A stretch of DNA of 28,788 nucleotides from a bacterium (GTDB lineage Bacteria > Zhuqueibacterota > Zhuqueibacteria > Oceanimicrobiales > Oceanimicrobiaceae): positions 1-28,788 of the forward strand of contig JBHHXT010000047.1 of assembly GCA_046757165.1 (NCBI GenBank). The letters run 5' to 3'. This document shows positions 15,492-23,769 of this stretch, piece after piece. Both the position numbers and the translations under genes were made by a program. The first letter of the stretch is position 1; the number at the start of each line of letters is the position of its first letter. Below the pieces are notes generated by a model. It made no database searches. It was not told the origin of the DNA and was given only the letters and a program-made list of their open reading frames with translations.

Positions 15492-16925
15492 CTACTGCCC
15501 CATTTCCCGCATGATTGTCTGCGTCAAAGTACGCGAATTGAGCGGGCTGGCTTTCACATTTCTATTCTCAAAAAGTGGAAACGTCAAGAAAACAAGCTCG
15601 GTGTTCGTGCCACCGGAGGGGAAGCGCAAACCAACATTGCCAATCACATCCCCCAGACCGCCTATGCCAGCATAAATAATCTCAGCCCCCTCTCCAGGCA
15701 CGATGTCTTCAACATCCCCGGACTGAACGTCGATGGCAATGCGGGGAAAATTCTCCGCGTCACCGAGCACATCATCGGCGAAGCTAAACTTGAGGTCCCC
15801 GGCGAAATCGCCGGCGCGGGCCCATCCCAACGTGGCATCGGTCGCCGAGTCCCCGGTCGCAGGCGCCAGATGGAGATAGACAGACTCGAACTCCGTGGCA
15901 TCGGGCGGATTGTCGTGGCCCGTGACCAACGCGATGTCTTCCATAATTCCCTGCCCCATCACCCAGAGCTTGCCGCCGGCGTCGACGAAATCGGACAGCG
16001 CGACGGGCGCCTCCGGAAACTCCGTGCCAATGGCTCGCCACCAGGCAGAGCCGGAGCCGCTATAGACCACAGCGACCTCAAAAGGCGTCAAATCCGCCGC
16101 GGCCGGCGCGCCCTGTTCGGCAACATCCCAGGTCGAAAAAGCAAAGCCTTCAAACAGGTCCGCAAAGAACCCGTCTTCGTCTATCTCGTCCAGAATATCG
16201 CCTTGCGGTTTGTCGTCGACGATAACAATGGTTGGCACTTTCGCCTCATAATCGATCGTCGTTGTCGAAACCAGGCCGGCGTCGTCCCGGGCTTCCAATG
16301 TAAAAGTGTAAACCCCCGGCGCCGTCGGGACATCAAACCCCGCGACCGTGGCCATGCTGAATTCATTCAAGGGAGCCTCATCGGTGACCTTCCAACGGTA
16401 ACCGGTTACTTCGCCGAATTTATCCACATCCCGGGCGGTCCAACTGAAGAATGCCGCGCTTCCGGGAGCATAAGCTGGCGTCACGCCACTGCCGCCCGAA
16501 GAAGCACTGCCACGCGCACCGCTGATGACGACCTCAGGTGGGCCGAGATTCGGGCCGACTCTAAAGGAGCGCGAATCGCTCGCCGCTTCAGAGCCCGCAC
16601 GAGCGGTCACGGTAAACGTATAGTCCCCCTCCGTCTGTCCGGGATAGGTGCGGGAATTCTCATCGGTGGCTACCGGAGAGGCATCAACACCGGAAAGTTG
16701 TACTTCATAGGTGATATTGTCTGCGCCCCGCCCGCGCCACTCGAAGGTAAAGAACTCGTTGTGAAGCACTTCACTGCTCGGGCCGGAGATGATTTCAACC
16801 ACAAACTGCTCTGAAAAGCGAGTCAGCGTGGGGTCGTCGTCAACGCAAGACAGGGAGAACATGCCGACGAATATCAAAGCCCCAGCGAGAAGCTTAGCGA
16901 TTTTACCAAGATAAGACGTGATCAT
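15492..16925 (-). CDS. Lipoprotein with Ig-like repeats and a C-terminal alpha/beta domain
   Basis: 477 aa; RBS aggagg; lipobox FSLSC; GDYTFTVTAR and GVYTFTLEARD repeats; IVIVDD...LSDFVDAGGKLWVMG domain. Confidence 0.85.
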   Translation of the reverse strand: MITSYLGKIAKLLAGALIFVGMFSLSCVDDDPTLTRFSEQFVVEIISGPSSEVLHNEFFTFEWRGRGADNITYEVQLSGVDASPVATDENSRTYPGQTEGDYTFTVTARAGSEAASDSRSFRVGPNLGPPEVVISGARGSASSGGSGVTPAYAPGSAAFFSWTARDVDKFGEVTGYRWKVTDEAPLNEFSMATVAGFDVPTAPGVYTFTLEARDDAGLVSTTTIDYEAKVPTIVIVDDKPQGDILDEIDEDGFFADLFEGFAFSTWDVAEQGAPAAADLTPFEVAVVYSGSGSAWWRAIGTEFPEAPVALSDFVDAGGKLWVMGQGIMEDIALVTGHDNPPDATEFESVYLHLAPATGDSATDATLGWARAGDFAGDLKFSFADDVLGDAENFPRIAIDVQSGDVEDIVPGEGAEIIYAGIGGLGDVIGNVGLRFPSGGTNTELVFLTFPLFENRNVKASPLNSRTLTQTIMREMGQ

Positions 16926-16995
16926 TTTTTCCTCCTATTCGGTCTGGCATTGGTCAGATGACTAACATAACCTGGACTTCCTGTGATCAACTCGC

Positions 16996-18720
16996 CTACT
17001 CGCCGAACAACGTTCCAAAAATAATCGCGGCTGCGGCTTGCAGTGCCGGGTCGTCGCTGGCCGTTCTTCTGAGCGAATGCCCCCAGGAAACCACCTTCCC
17101 CCATGGCTCAGGATGTGGCATGTACACACCACGCGGAAAGGTCGGAAAGCTCCCTTCAGTGGCCTGAAAAATCGCCTCGGCACTTGCGTTGGGTCGAAGA
17201 ATTTCGACCAGCCCGGTGCTTCCAGTAAAGTCGATCGTAATGCCGTCGAAGGACGAGTTTATGGTGTTGCCCCAGGGATTGGCCCAACTGTCATTGACGC
17301 CGGTAATGCCCGCTGTATCAAAATTATTGAACATGGCCCGAATTCCTGCAATCTCAGACAGGAAACCGGACCCGGCAACGGACCAATTGTAGGAAGTCAA
17401 CCATAGATTCCCGCCGGCTTTGACATAAGCACCCAATAGAATTCCATTGGCAAAGGCCGTTGGCGAGTTGTCGGTGAAAATTACAGCCGTAGAGTACTTG
17501 CCGAGCTCATCAGGCGTCCAGATGGACAGGTCGTCTTTCGGATGGCCATTATCCGCGTCGCCGTCAAAATCCCAATAACGCGACACGGGGAACCCGGCGG
17601 CGGCAAAAATGGCCTCCAGGGTCTCATTCTCACCAAAACCACAATCATCGATGATGATAATCCCCTGGTCCAACGAGGCTTTGGCGGCCGAAAACCGAAC
17701 CAGTTCCTGGCTGAGGACGCCGGCCAGATCTTTGGCACGCAAAACGAAGAAGTGGTCGCCCGCGGTGACCCTGTCCCCTGAAATAGCAGCCAACCCCTCG
17801 GTGGAGAACTCCGAAAACGCGCCTTCCGATGAATCATCAAAGGCCCACGAGAACCCAAACAGGGTGCCACTATAATGACTCAGAACGGCCGAGTAGGCGA
17901 ACGACACGTCCACCTCCGAAAACCAGCCGCCGCCATCGGCAGGGCCGGCCAGGAACTGAATCACAGGGGCAAAGCCGCTGGAGACAAAAAAGCTGCGGGT
18001 TTCCGGCGTGTCATCGATGGCCCCCAGATTGTCAATCGCCTGCACCGAAACGGTGTGATTCCCCACCGCAAGCAGGTTGCTCTGCCTCTCACTAAACTCG
18101 ATTAAAGCCTTGCCCTCGGCGTCCGCTGCCATGCGGACGGCCGTGCCTCCGTCAATCGAATACAGGAATTCCACGATGAAGCCATCCGGATCGTTACCGC
18201 CGGCCACAAACTGAACCCCGGAGCTCGTGGTTGCACCATTCGAGGGGCCGCTCTCGATGGCCGTGCTCGGCCTGGCGTTGCTGCCGGTTTCCCCCAGCAC
18301 GAACACCGCAGCCGCAGGCGTTGGATCGAGCGCTCCCTGATCATCCAGGGCGCGAACAAACACCGTGTTCTCGTCAGACTCCGAGGCGAATTCAAGCGTG
18401 CCCGTGGCCGTGGTATTCACGGTAAACGACGACCATGAGCCCTCGTTGACCTTGACCTGGAAGCTGTCCACTTTCCCGTCCAAATCGGTTCCCGTATACT
18501 GAATCGAATAATCAAACAGATTCAGATTGAGAACCGCCCCGGTCGTATCCTGCTCCAACGGAACTTTCTTGAGAGACTTCTGCGTGATGAATGTATCGGG
18601 AGGATCGTTTTTCCCCTCCACATCAACCTGCGTGGGACCTTCTCCGCAACTGGAAACAATCGCGAAAAAGATGCTAAGGAACATTACCTCTAAAAAGGAA
18701 TAACAGCGATGAGAATTCAT
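16996..18720 (-). CDS. Lipoprotein with three Ig-like repeats and a C-terminal alpha/beta domain
   Basis: 574 aa; RBS aaggagg; lipobox VSSC; repeats VRALDDQGALDPTP, VQAIDNLGAIDDTP, LRAKDLAG; IIIIDD...AYVKAGGNLWLTS domain. Confidence 0.85.
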   Translation of the reverse strand: MNSHRCYSFLEVMFLSIFFAIVSSCGEGPTQVDVEGKNDPPDTFITQKSLKKVPLEQDTTGAVLNLNLFDYSIQYTGTDLDGKVDSFQVKVNEGSWSSFTVNTTATGTLEFASESDENTVFVRALDDQGALDPTPAAAVFVLGETGSNARPSTAIESGPSNGATTSSGVQFVAGGNDPDGFIVEFLYSIDGGTAVRMAADAEGKALIEFSERQSNLLAVGNHTVSVQAIDNLGAIDDTPETRSFFVSSGFAPVIQFLAGPADGGGWFSEVDVSFAYSAVLSHYSGTLFGFSWAFDDSSEGAFSEFSTEGLAAISGDRVTAGDHFFVLRAKDLAGVLSQELVRFSAAKASLDQGIIIIDDCGFGENETLEAIFAAAGFPVSRYWDFDGDADNGHPKDDLSIWTPDELGKYSTAVIFTDNSPTAFANGILLGAYVKAGGNLWLTSYNWSVAGSGFLSEIAGIRAMFNNFDTAGITGVNDSWANPWGNTINSSFDGITIDFTGSTGLVEILRPNASAEAIFQATEGSFPTFPRGVYMPHPEPWGKVVSWGHSLRRTASDDPALQAAAAIIFGTLFGE

Positions 18721-18963
18721 TGCGCTCCCTCCTTCAAAGATTCTTAATTCTCTTAGTTAAACAAAAGGTAACAACTCAGGAATTGAAATTTCTCTTGGCA
18801 ATCTGAACCAAAAACTTATTCTTCAGAGAAGCGAAACTGGAGATGCAAACCGCGCTCCGCCCGGCCGCGCTCAGGCGACCATGGCCTGGACTACAAAACA
18901 GAAAGGAAGAAAACTAAAGTCGGTGCAACAAAACCTTGCCGGATATGCTTTATATCTGATTTT

Positions 18964-18979
18964 TTCCGCTATCACGGAA
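18964..18979. promoter_or_regulatory. Candidate operator TTCCG-N6-CGGAA
   Basis: Perfect 5-bp inverted repeat directly downstream of the minus-strand -10 box; 12/16 related copy at 19163-19178. Confidence 0.55.
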
Positions 18980-18980
18980 C

Positions 18981-19009
18981 ATAATACAAAAACTATAGTT
19001 CATTGTCAA
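18981..19009 (-). promoter_or_regulatory. Sigma70-type promoter of the operon
   Basis: Minus strand TTGACA (19009-19004), 17-bp spacer, TATTAT (18986-18981). Confidence 0.75.
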
Positions 19010-19049
19010 GAAAAAAATGACAGAACAATAACATTATTTTTTTGCGTCT

Positions 19050-19078
19050 TTGAGTATCGTTGTGTATGGTATTATGAT
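19050..19078 (+). promoter_or_regulatory. Candidate promoter of the regulator gene
   Basis: TTGAGT-17-TATGAT, overlapping an extended -10 TGgTATTAT at 19067-19075. Confidence 0.45.
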
Positions 19079-19220
19079 TGAGTTCAGACTAAAGACAGGC
19101 CGCTTAGAAAGACGTGCAAGAGGCACGATACATTATTAGTAACACTTGTTGAACATGACTTATTCCAATATGACGAAACGGTTCCGCTAAACCTAACAAC
19201 CCAAAGGCAGGAGTAGACCC

Positions 19221-19778
19221 ATGTCCAATCCATTCAACGTTGGTCAAAAGCTGAAAGCTTTGAGACGGCAGCACAACCTGACGCTGAAAGAACTATCCTG
19301 CAAATCCGGGGTCTCAACGACGCAGATTTCCGAAATTGAACGGGACCTGACCTCACCCACCATCGCCACCCTGATTAAGCTCATTTCCGCCCTGGGTCAG
19401 GAAACGAGTATTTTTTTCGAAACAGAAAGCAGCAAGAAGGTGTCTCTCGTGCGCAGGGTCGAGCGTTCCCTGGTCGTCGACCAGAAAAATGATGTTCATA
19501 TCGAAGCGATTACCACGGGCGTTGTGGATTCGAAGCTAAAAGCCATCCTCGCTTACCCCAAGCCGGGCCAGGAAAACATTCCCGGCGGCTACCGACACTC
19601 GGGTGAGGAGTTGATTTTTGTGATCAAGGGGCGCGTCCAGGTCAAGTTAGACCGCCAGACCTACATTTTGGAAGAGGGAGACGCGATTCACTTTCGCGGG
19701 GAAATGCGCCATACGATCAAGAATATCACAGAGGGTGATGTCCAGCTGCTCTCCGTCATCACGCCGCCTAATTACTAG
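19221..19778 (+). CDS. XRE-family HTH regulator with a C-terminal cupin domain (PuuR/SutR-like architecture)
   Basis: 185 aa; RBS aggag; VGQKLKALR...LTLKELS...ISEIERDLTSPTIATL; cupin HSGEELIFVIKG...EGDAIHF...H. Confidence 0.95.
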   Translation: MSNPFNVGQKLKALRRQHNLTLKELSCKSGVSTTQISEIERDLTSPTIATLIKLISALGQETSIFFETESSKKVSLVRRVERSLVVDQKNDVHIEAITTGVVDSKLKAILAYPKPGQENIPGGYRHSGEELIFVIKGRVQVKLDRQTYILEEGDAIHFRGEMRHTIKNITEGDVQLLSVITPPNY

Positions 19779-19784
19779 GCGCTG

Positions 19785-19910
19785 AGGCACTTACAAAAAA
19801 TTATCCAACAAAGTGTTGTCGATAATTTGGAGGATTGGAGTAATGGAGTAATGGAGTATTGGATTTTCAACCAGCCAAGCTCCACTACTCCATTACTCCA
19901 TTTCTTGCAA
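19785..19910. repeat. ~125-bp dispersed octamer-array element, copy 2, between convergent genes
   Basis: tggagtaa arrays facing tactcca arrays; flanks are the reverse complement of those of 515-633. Confidence 0.9.
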
Positions 19911-19927
19911 ACCTGACGACGACCAAG

Positions 19928-22900
19928 CTACTTCACCAACAACATCCGTCTCGACGTCTGCCAATCTCTCGCCTGAATGTGATAAATATAGATGCCGGAT
20001 GGGGCCACAGCGCCATCTCTGGCATGGCCACCCCACGTGACGGAATAGACGCCTGGCACCAGTTCGCCGTGGTGCAGGGTTCGGACGAGCTCGCCGCGAA
20101 TGTTGAAGATTCGCAAGGAAACCATCGAGGTTCTCGGGACCGCGAAGTCGATGCGGGTCCCGAGGTTGAATGGATTCGGGTAGTTCTGGGACAGGGAAAA
20201 TGTCTCGGGGACCTGGTTGGATGTCTTGCTGATACCGGAGACGACCTCAACAATGGCGAACATGCCGTCGCTGAGGTCAAACGGAAAACCGCTGGCCGAA
20301 TTGGAAAGGCGCACCAGAACCGCATTCGATTGCACGGGCGGCACTGACCACTCATAGCTGCCGTCATTTTGTGTTCCCAGGGTGATGAGCTGCCAGTTGA
20401 CGCCGCCATCGTCGGAGTATTCCAGGTTCACCTGGTCGAGCAAGCCCGTGGAATGCCAGGTGATGGTTTGGATGGAATTGCCCTGCCACTCTTCACCGCC
20501 GTTCGGGGAGGTCACCGTCAGGCTGGAGCTGATAATCGCAAAGACCTGGTCGCTGCGGTCGCGGAGAGAGTTATCGCTTGCCCTCGTAATCCGAACGAGT
20601 GCATCGAAGGTCAGAAAGTTGGGAACAAGCCACTCATAGTTGCCGGTGTTCGGGACACTTTCGACAATCTGAATCCAGTTTGTGCCGTTGTTGATCGAAT
20701 ATTCCAAATTCACTGGCCCGATCGCACCGATCGAATCCCATGCAATCGTTTCCAGTGAACCTGCGGACCACACTTCCCCTCCGTTGGGTGAGGTCACTGA
20801 GATCGCGAGTTTGACTATCGAGAAATAAGCGTCGCTCTGGTCGCTGGGTTGATCGTCGGTTGCATCCGAGATGGTGACCATGGCGCTGTCGGTCTGCGCA
20901 TCGGGGACGACCCAGGTGAAGCTGCCACTGTTTGGTATGCTTTCCGCCACCATGAGCGGTGCGGCTCTCGGGCTTGACTTGAATGTGATGTCAACCGAGC
21001 TGATGAGTCCGGTCGAGGCCCAGGTGACGGTTTGCACGCTCCCTGCAAGCCATGATTCTCCTCCGTTCGGGGAGGTCAAGTGCAGCGTTGAGCCGTTTAT
21101 CGTGAACGGACTATCGCTGACATCGTTGCGGCCGGCGTTGGCCGGGTCAGAAATGCGAACCCGTGCGCTGCTGGTCGTCACGTCCGGCACCGTCCAGGAA
21201 TAGTTGCCATCATTGGGCGTACTTGCGACGATGGGTTGCCAGGTGGCCCCGTTGTCAGCGCTGTGCTCGAGTTTGACACCCCCAAGCCCTCCGGACGCTG
21301 ACCAGATGATGCTGTGGGTGCTCCCACCCAACCAGACTTCCCCTCCGTTGGGCGAAAACAACGTTAGATTGATGACCACAATGGAAAAACTGCCATCGCT
21401 CTGGTCTGCCGGTGAGCCATCGGCGCTGTCTGAGACGCGCACGCGGCCATTGGTGGTTCCGACCTCCGGCACCGTCCAGTTGAAGGTGCCGGTATTGGGT
21501 ATGTTGGCGGCGACCTCGGTCCAGGAGATACCGCCATTGGTGGAAAACTCCAGCTTGACGAATGGCACCGTACCGGTACTGGTCCAGGTGACTTGCTGCC
21601 CGTCGCCGCCGGTCAGCGTCTCGCCGCCGTTTGGCGAGATCACGGTGATGCTGGCGCCAGCGATGGTGAAGACGCCATCACTCTGGTCGCCAGGCGAGCC
21701 GTCGGCAGCATCTGAGATGCGCACAAGCGCCACATCGGTCTGAATGTCCGGGACATTCCAGTTGAAACTGCCGGTGTTGGGGGCCGTCGCCACGATGAGG
21801 TTCCAGGTTGCGCCATTATCAGCGGAAAACTCCACTTTCACCAGGCTGATGTTGCCGCTCGAGGTCCAGGTGATGGTTTGCAGCGTGTCACCCGTCCAGG
21901 TCTCGCCGCCGTTCGGGGCCGTCAGCGTCAGCTCGTCGACCACGACCACGGTGATCGTGAACGTGGCGTCGCTCTGGTCGGTTACCGAGGGCTCCGAGGG
22001 GTCGGTCACGCGCACCAATGCGCTGGTCGTTGCGGTATTGGGCACCGTCCAGGCAAAACTGCCCGTGTTGGAGGCGCTGGCTGCAATCTGAAGCCATGAA
22101 TTCCCGCCATTGGTGGAGTATTCAAGCTTGACGTTGCTGATGTCGCCCGTGGAGCTCCACGTGATTTGCGTTGACTGATTTCCCTGCAGGCTCTCTCCGC
22201 CGTTCGGGCTCGTCACGGTGAGGCTTTTCTGAGGCGTAAAATCCGAGGTGACTTCATACCAGACGATGCTTTCGTTCTTGACTAATGCTGCTGCGATATC
22301 GAGTTTGCCGTCGCCATTGTAATCGCCGAGATTAACACAGCGGGGCCGGATGACGGTGTTGTCCAGAACAAAGCCGGTGAAGTTCTGGCTGCCATCGTTG
22401 AGCCAGTAGGAGATTTGATTGGGGACGTGCTCGCCAACGACGATATCCATGTCACCGTCCAAATCCAGGTCGCCGACGGCCTGGGACCAGGACTCCCCCA
22501 CCGCCGGAGCGACGTTGCGCTCGATGAACGCGCCGGGAGCCAAATTCTCAAACCAGTCGATGTCGCCGTTGTCGCGTTGATTTCGTATAATATCCAGGTC
22601 CCCATCGCCGTCCAAATCCACGGGCAGGACGCTGAAGCCGCCGATATCGCTGAGCACATTGCGGGAAAACGTGCCGGCGCCATTATTCTGCCACCAGGCG
22701 GTTTTGCCGCCGCCAGCCGCCACCACGTCCTGGTCCCCGTCACCGTCCAGATCAGCGGCGTGGACGGAGTGCGGGCTGGCAAAGTCCCGATCGAGACCAC
22801 GGCGCCGGTAACTTTCATTGCCGTCGTTTTCCCACCACAGCACGCTGCCGTTTTCCCAAACCGCAGAGAGCAGATCCATGTGTCCATCCCCGCTCAGGTC

Positions 22901-23335
22901 TGCGGCGTACACGGCATGGGTCTCGACGTAGTCGCCTTCGACCACCTGCTGGCCAAACGTGCCATCGCCCCGGTTTTGGTACCAAACGATCTGGCTTTTG
23001 GCAGCGTTGGACAGTGCCAAAATGTCCTTATCGTCATCGTTATCGAGATCATCGACAAAAATATGCCACGACTCTTTGAAGGTTCTATCCACCCTGTGCT
23101 GCGTGAACAATCCGCTACCGTTATTCTCGTACCACCGGATGCCATCACGCGTCGAGGTCGCCACGATGTCCAGGTCGCCATCGCCATCAAAATCGGTGGT
23201 CACAATCCAGTGAGGCCCAAGGTACGCATCATCGATCACATGCTTCACCGTTTCGATTTGAGCAACCGCAGAATCTGAAAAGTTACAAAACAAAAAAGCC
23301 CCCAGGAAGAAGACAAGAACAGACTTAAACGGCAT
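19928..23335 (-). CDS. Secreted surface protein: 7-bladed FG-GAP/VCBS propeller, 7 SPNGGE Ig-like repeats, T9SS type A/FlgD-Ig CTD
   Basis: 1135 aa; RBS ggagg; signal peptide; seven D.DGDG..D-type motifs; seven [ST/A]PNGGE repeats of ~94 aa; CTD FSLSQNYPNPFN...SGIYIY...RRMLLVK. Confidence 0.92.
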   Translation of the reverse strand: MPFKSVLVFFLGAFLFCNFSDSAVAQIETVKHVIDDAYLGPHWIVTTDFDGDGDLDIVATSTRDGIRWYENNGSGLFTQHRVDRTFKESWHIFVDDLDNDDDKDILALSNAAKSQIVWYQNRGDGTFGQQVVEGDYVETHAVYAADLSGDGHMDLLSAVWENGSVLWWENDGNESYRRRGLDRDFASPHSVHAADLDGDGDQDVVAAGGGKTAWWQNNGAGTFSRNVLSDIGGFSVLPVDLDGDGDLDIIRNQRDNGDIDWFENLAPGAFIERNVAPAVGESWSQAVGDLDLDGDMDIVVGEHVPNQISYWLNDGSQNFTGFVLDNTVIRPRCVNLGDYNGDGKLDIAAALVKNESIVWYEVTSDFTPQKSLTVTSPNGGESLQGNQSTQITWSSTGDISNVKLEYSTNGGNSWLQIAASASNTGSFAWTVPNTATTSALVRVTDPSEPSVTDQSDATFTITVVVVDELTLTAPNGGETWTGDTLQTITWTSSGNISLVKVEFSADNGATWNLIVATAPNTGSFNWNVPDIQTDVALVRISDAADGSPGDQSDGVFTIAGASITVISPNGGETLTGGDGQQVTWTSTGTVPFVKLEFSTNGGISWTEVAANIPNTGTFNWTVPEVGTTNGRVRVSDSADGSPADQSDGSFSIVVINLTLFSPNGGEVWLGGSTHSIIWSASGGLGGVKLEHSADNGATWQPIVASTPNDGNYSWTVPDVTTSSARVRISDPANAGRNDVSDSPFTINGSTLHLTSPNGGESWLAGSVQTVTWASTGLISSVDITFKSSPRAAPLMVAESIPNSGSFTWVVPDAQTDSAMVTISDATDDQPSDQSDAYFSIVKLAISVTSPNGGEVWSAGSLETIAWDSIGAIGPVNLEYSINNGTNWIQIVESVPNTGNYEWLVPNFLTFDALVRITRASDNSLRDRSDQVFAIISSSLTVTSPNGGEEWQGNSIQTITWHSTGLLDQVNLEYSDDGGVNWQLITLGTQNDGSYEWSVPPVQSNAVLVRLSNSASGFPFDLSDGMFAIVEVVSGISKTSNQVPETFSLSQNYPNPFNLGTRIDFAVPRTSMVSLRIFNIRGELVRTLHHGELVPGVYSVTWGGHARDGAVAPSGIYIYHIQARDWQTSRRMLLVK

Positions 23336-23460
23336 ACAAACATTACCTCCAAAGCGATCAGAATTCCAACAAATCGATTCATTTCATGGCCTGATAACAT
23401 ATACCTCACTTTTGAATTTATTGGCGATAAGTTTGTTTTGGGCAGCTTGTGACCTGAGGT

Positions 23461-23547
23461 ATGGAGTGTAACTGGAAGGTTTACATCGACAACTATCTGG
23501 AGGGATCCCTTTGCCCTGCGTCCACCCGGGAGCTGTGCAAATTACTT
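23461..23547 (+). pseudogene. Relic of a Rieske ring-hydroxylating oxygenase alpha subunit (choline monooxygenase-like)
   Basis: MECNWKVYIDNYLEG followed by frameshifted LPCVHP and ELCKLL, matching NWKxxxDNxxExYHxPxxH. Confidence 0.75.
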
Positions 23548-23631
23548 AGCAGAACAATTGTTCGGCAAACTGATTCTAAACCCTTGCGAGCAATAACTGT
23601 CGTACATCAAAAATGTTGTCGATATTGGGTC

Positions 23632-23699
23632 CACGCGGATCAAAGAACCACTCGGAAAATATTTTGACTGAGAATCCGTGTGGGTTTTTGATCCGTGTG
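23632..23699. repeat. Imperfect ~25-bp-arm inverted repeat (REP-like or terminator)
   Basis: cacgcggatcaaagaaccactcgga / tccgtgtgggtttttgatccgtgtg, 70 nt after the stop at 23770. Confidence 0.6.
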
Positions 23700-23769
23700 A
23701 AATATTCTACCTTTTTCTGCCCGCAGGGCCATATAGAGGGGGCGAAGTCCCCAGTTTGGACCTAGCCCT

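Noticed and set aside
14037..16814. Plus-strand ORFs of 316 and 314 aa
   Set aside because: Antisense shadows of the TBDT and lipoprotein genes.
20230..22225. Sialidase/BNR propeller suggested by SxDxGxTW boxes
   Set aside because: One box per ~94-aa SPNGGE repeat fits tandem beta-sandwich domains; no sialidase motifs were seen.
23548..23667. Remainder of the 68-aa ORF as a functional gene
   Set aside because: Oxygenase similarity ends near 23547 and the frame runs into an inverted repeat.
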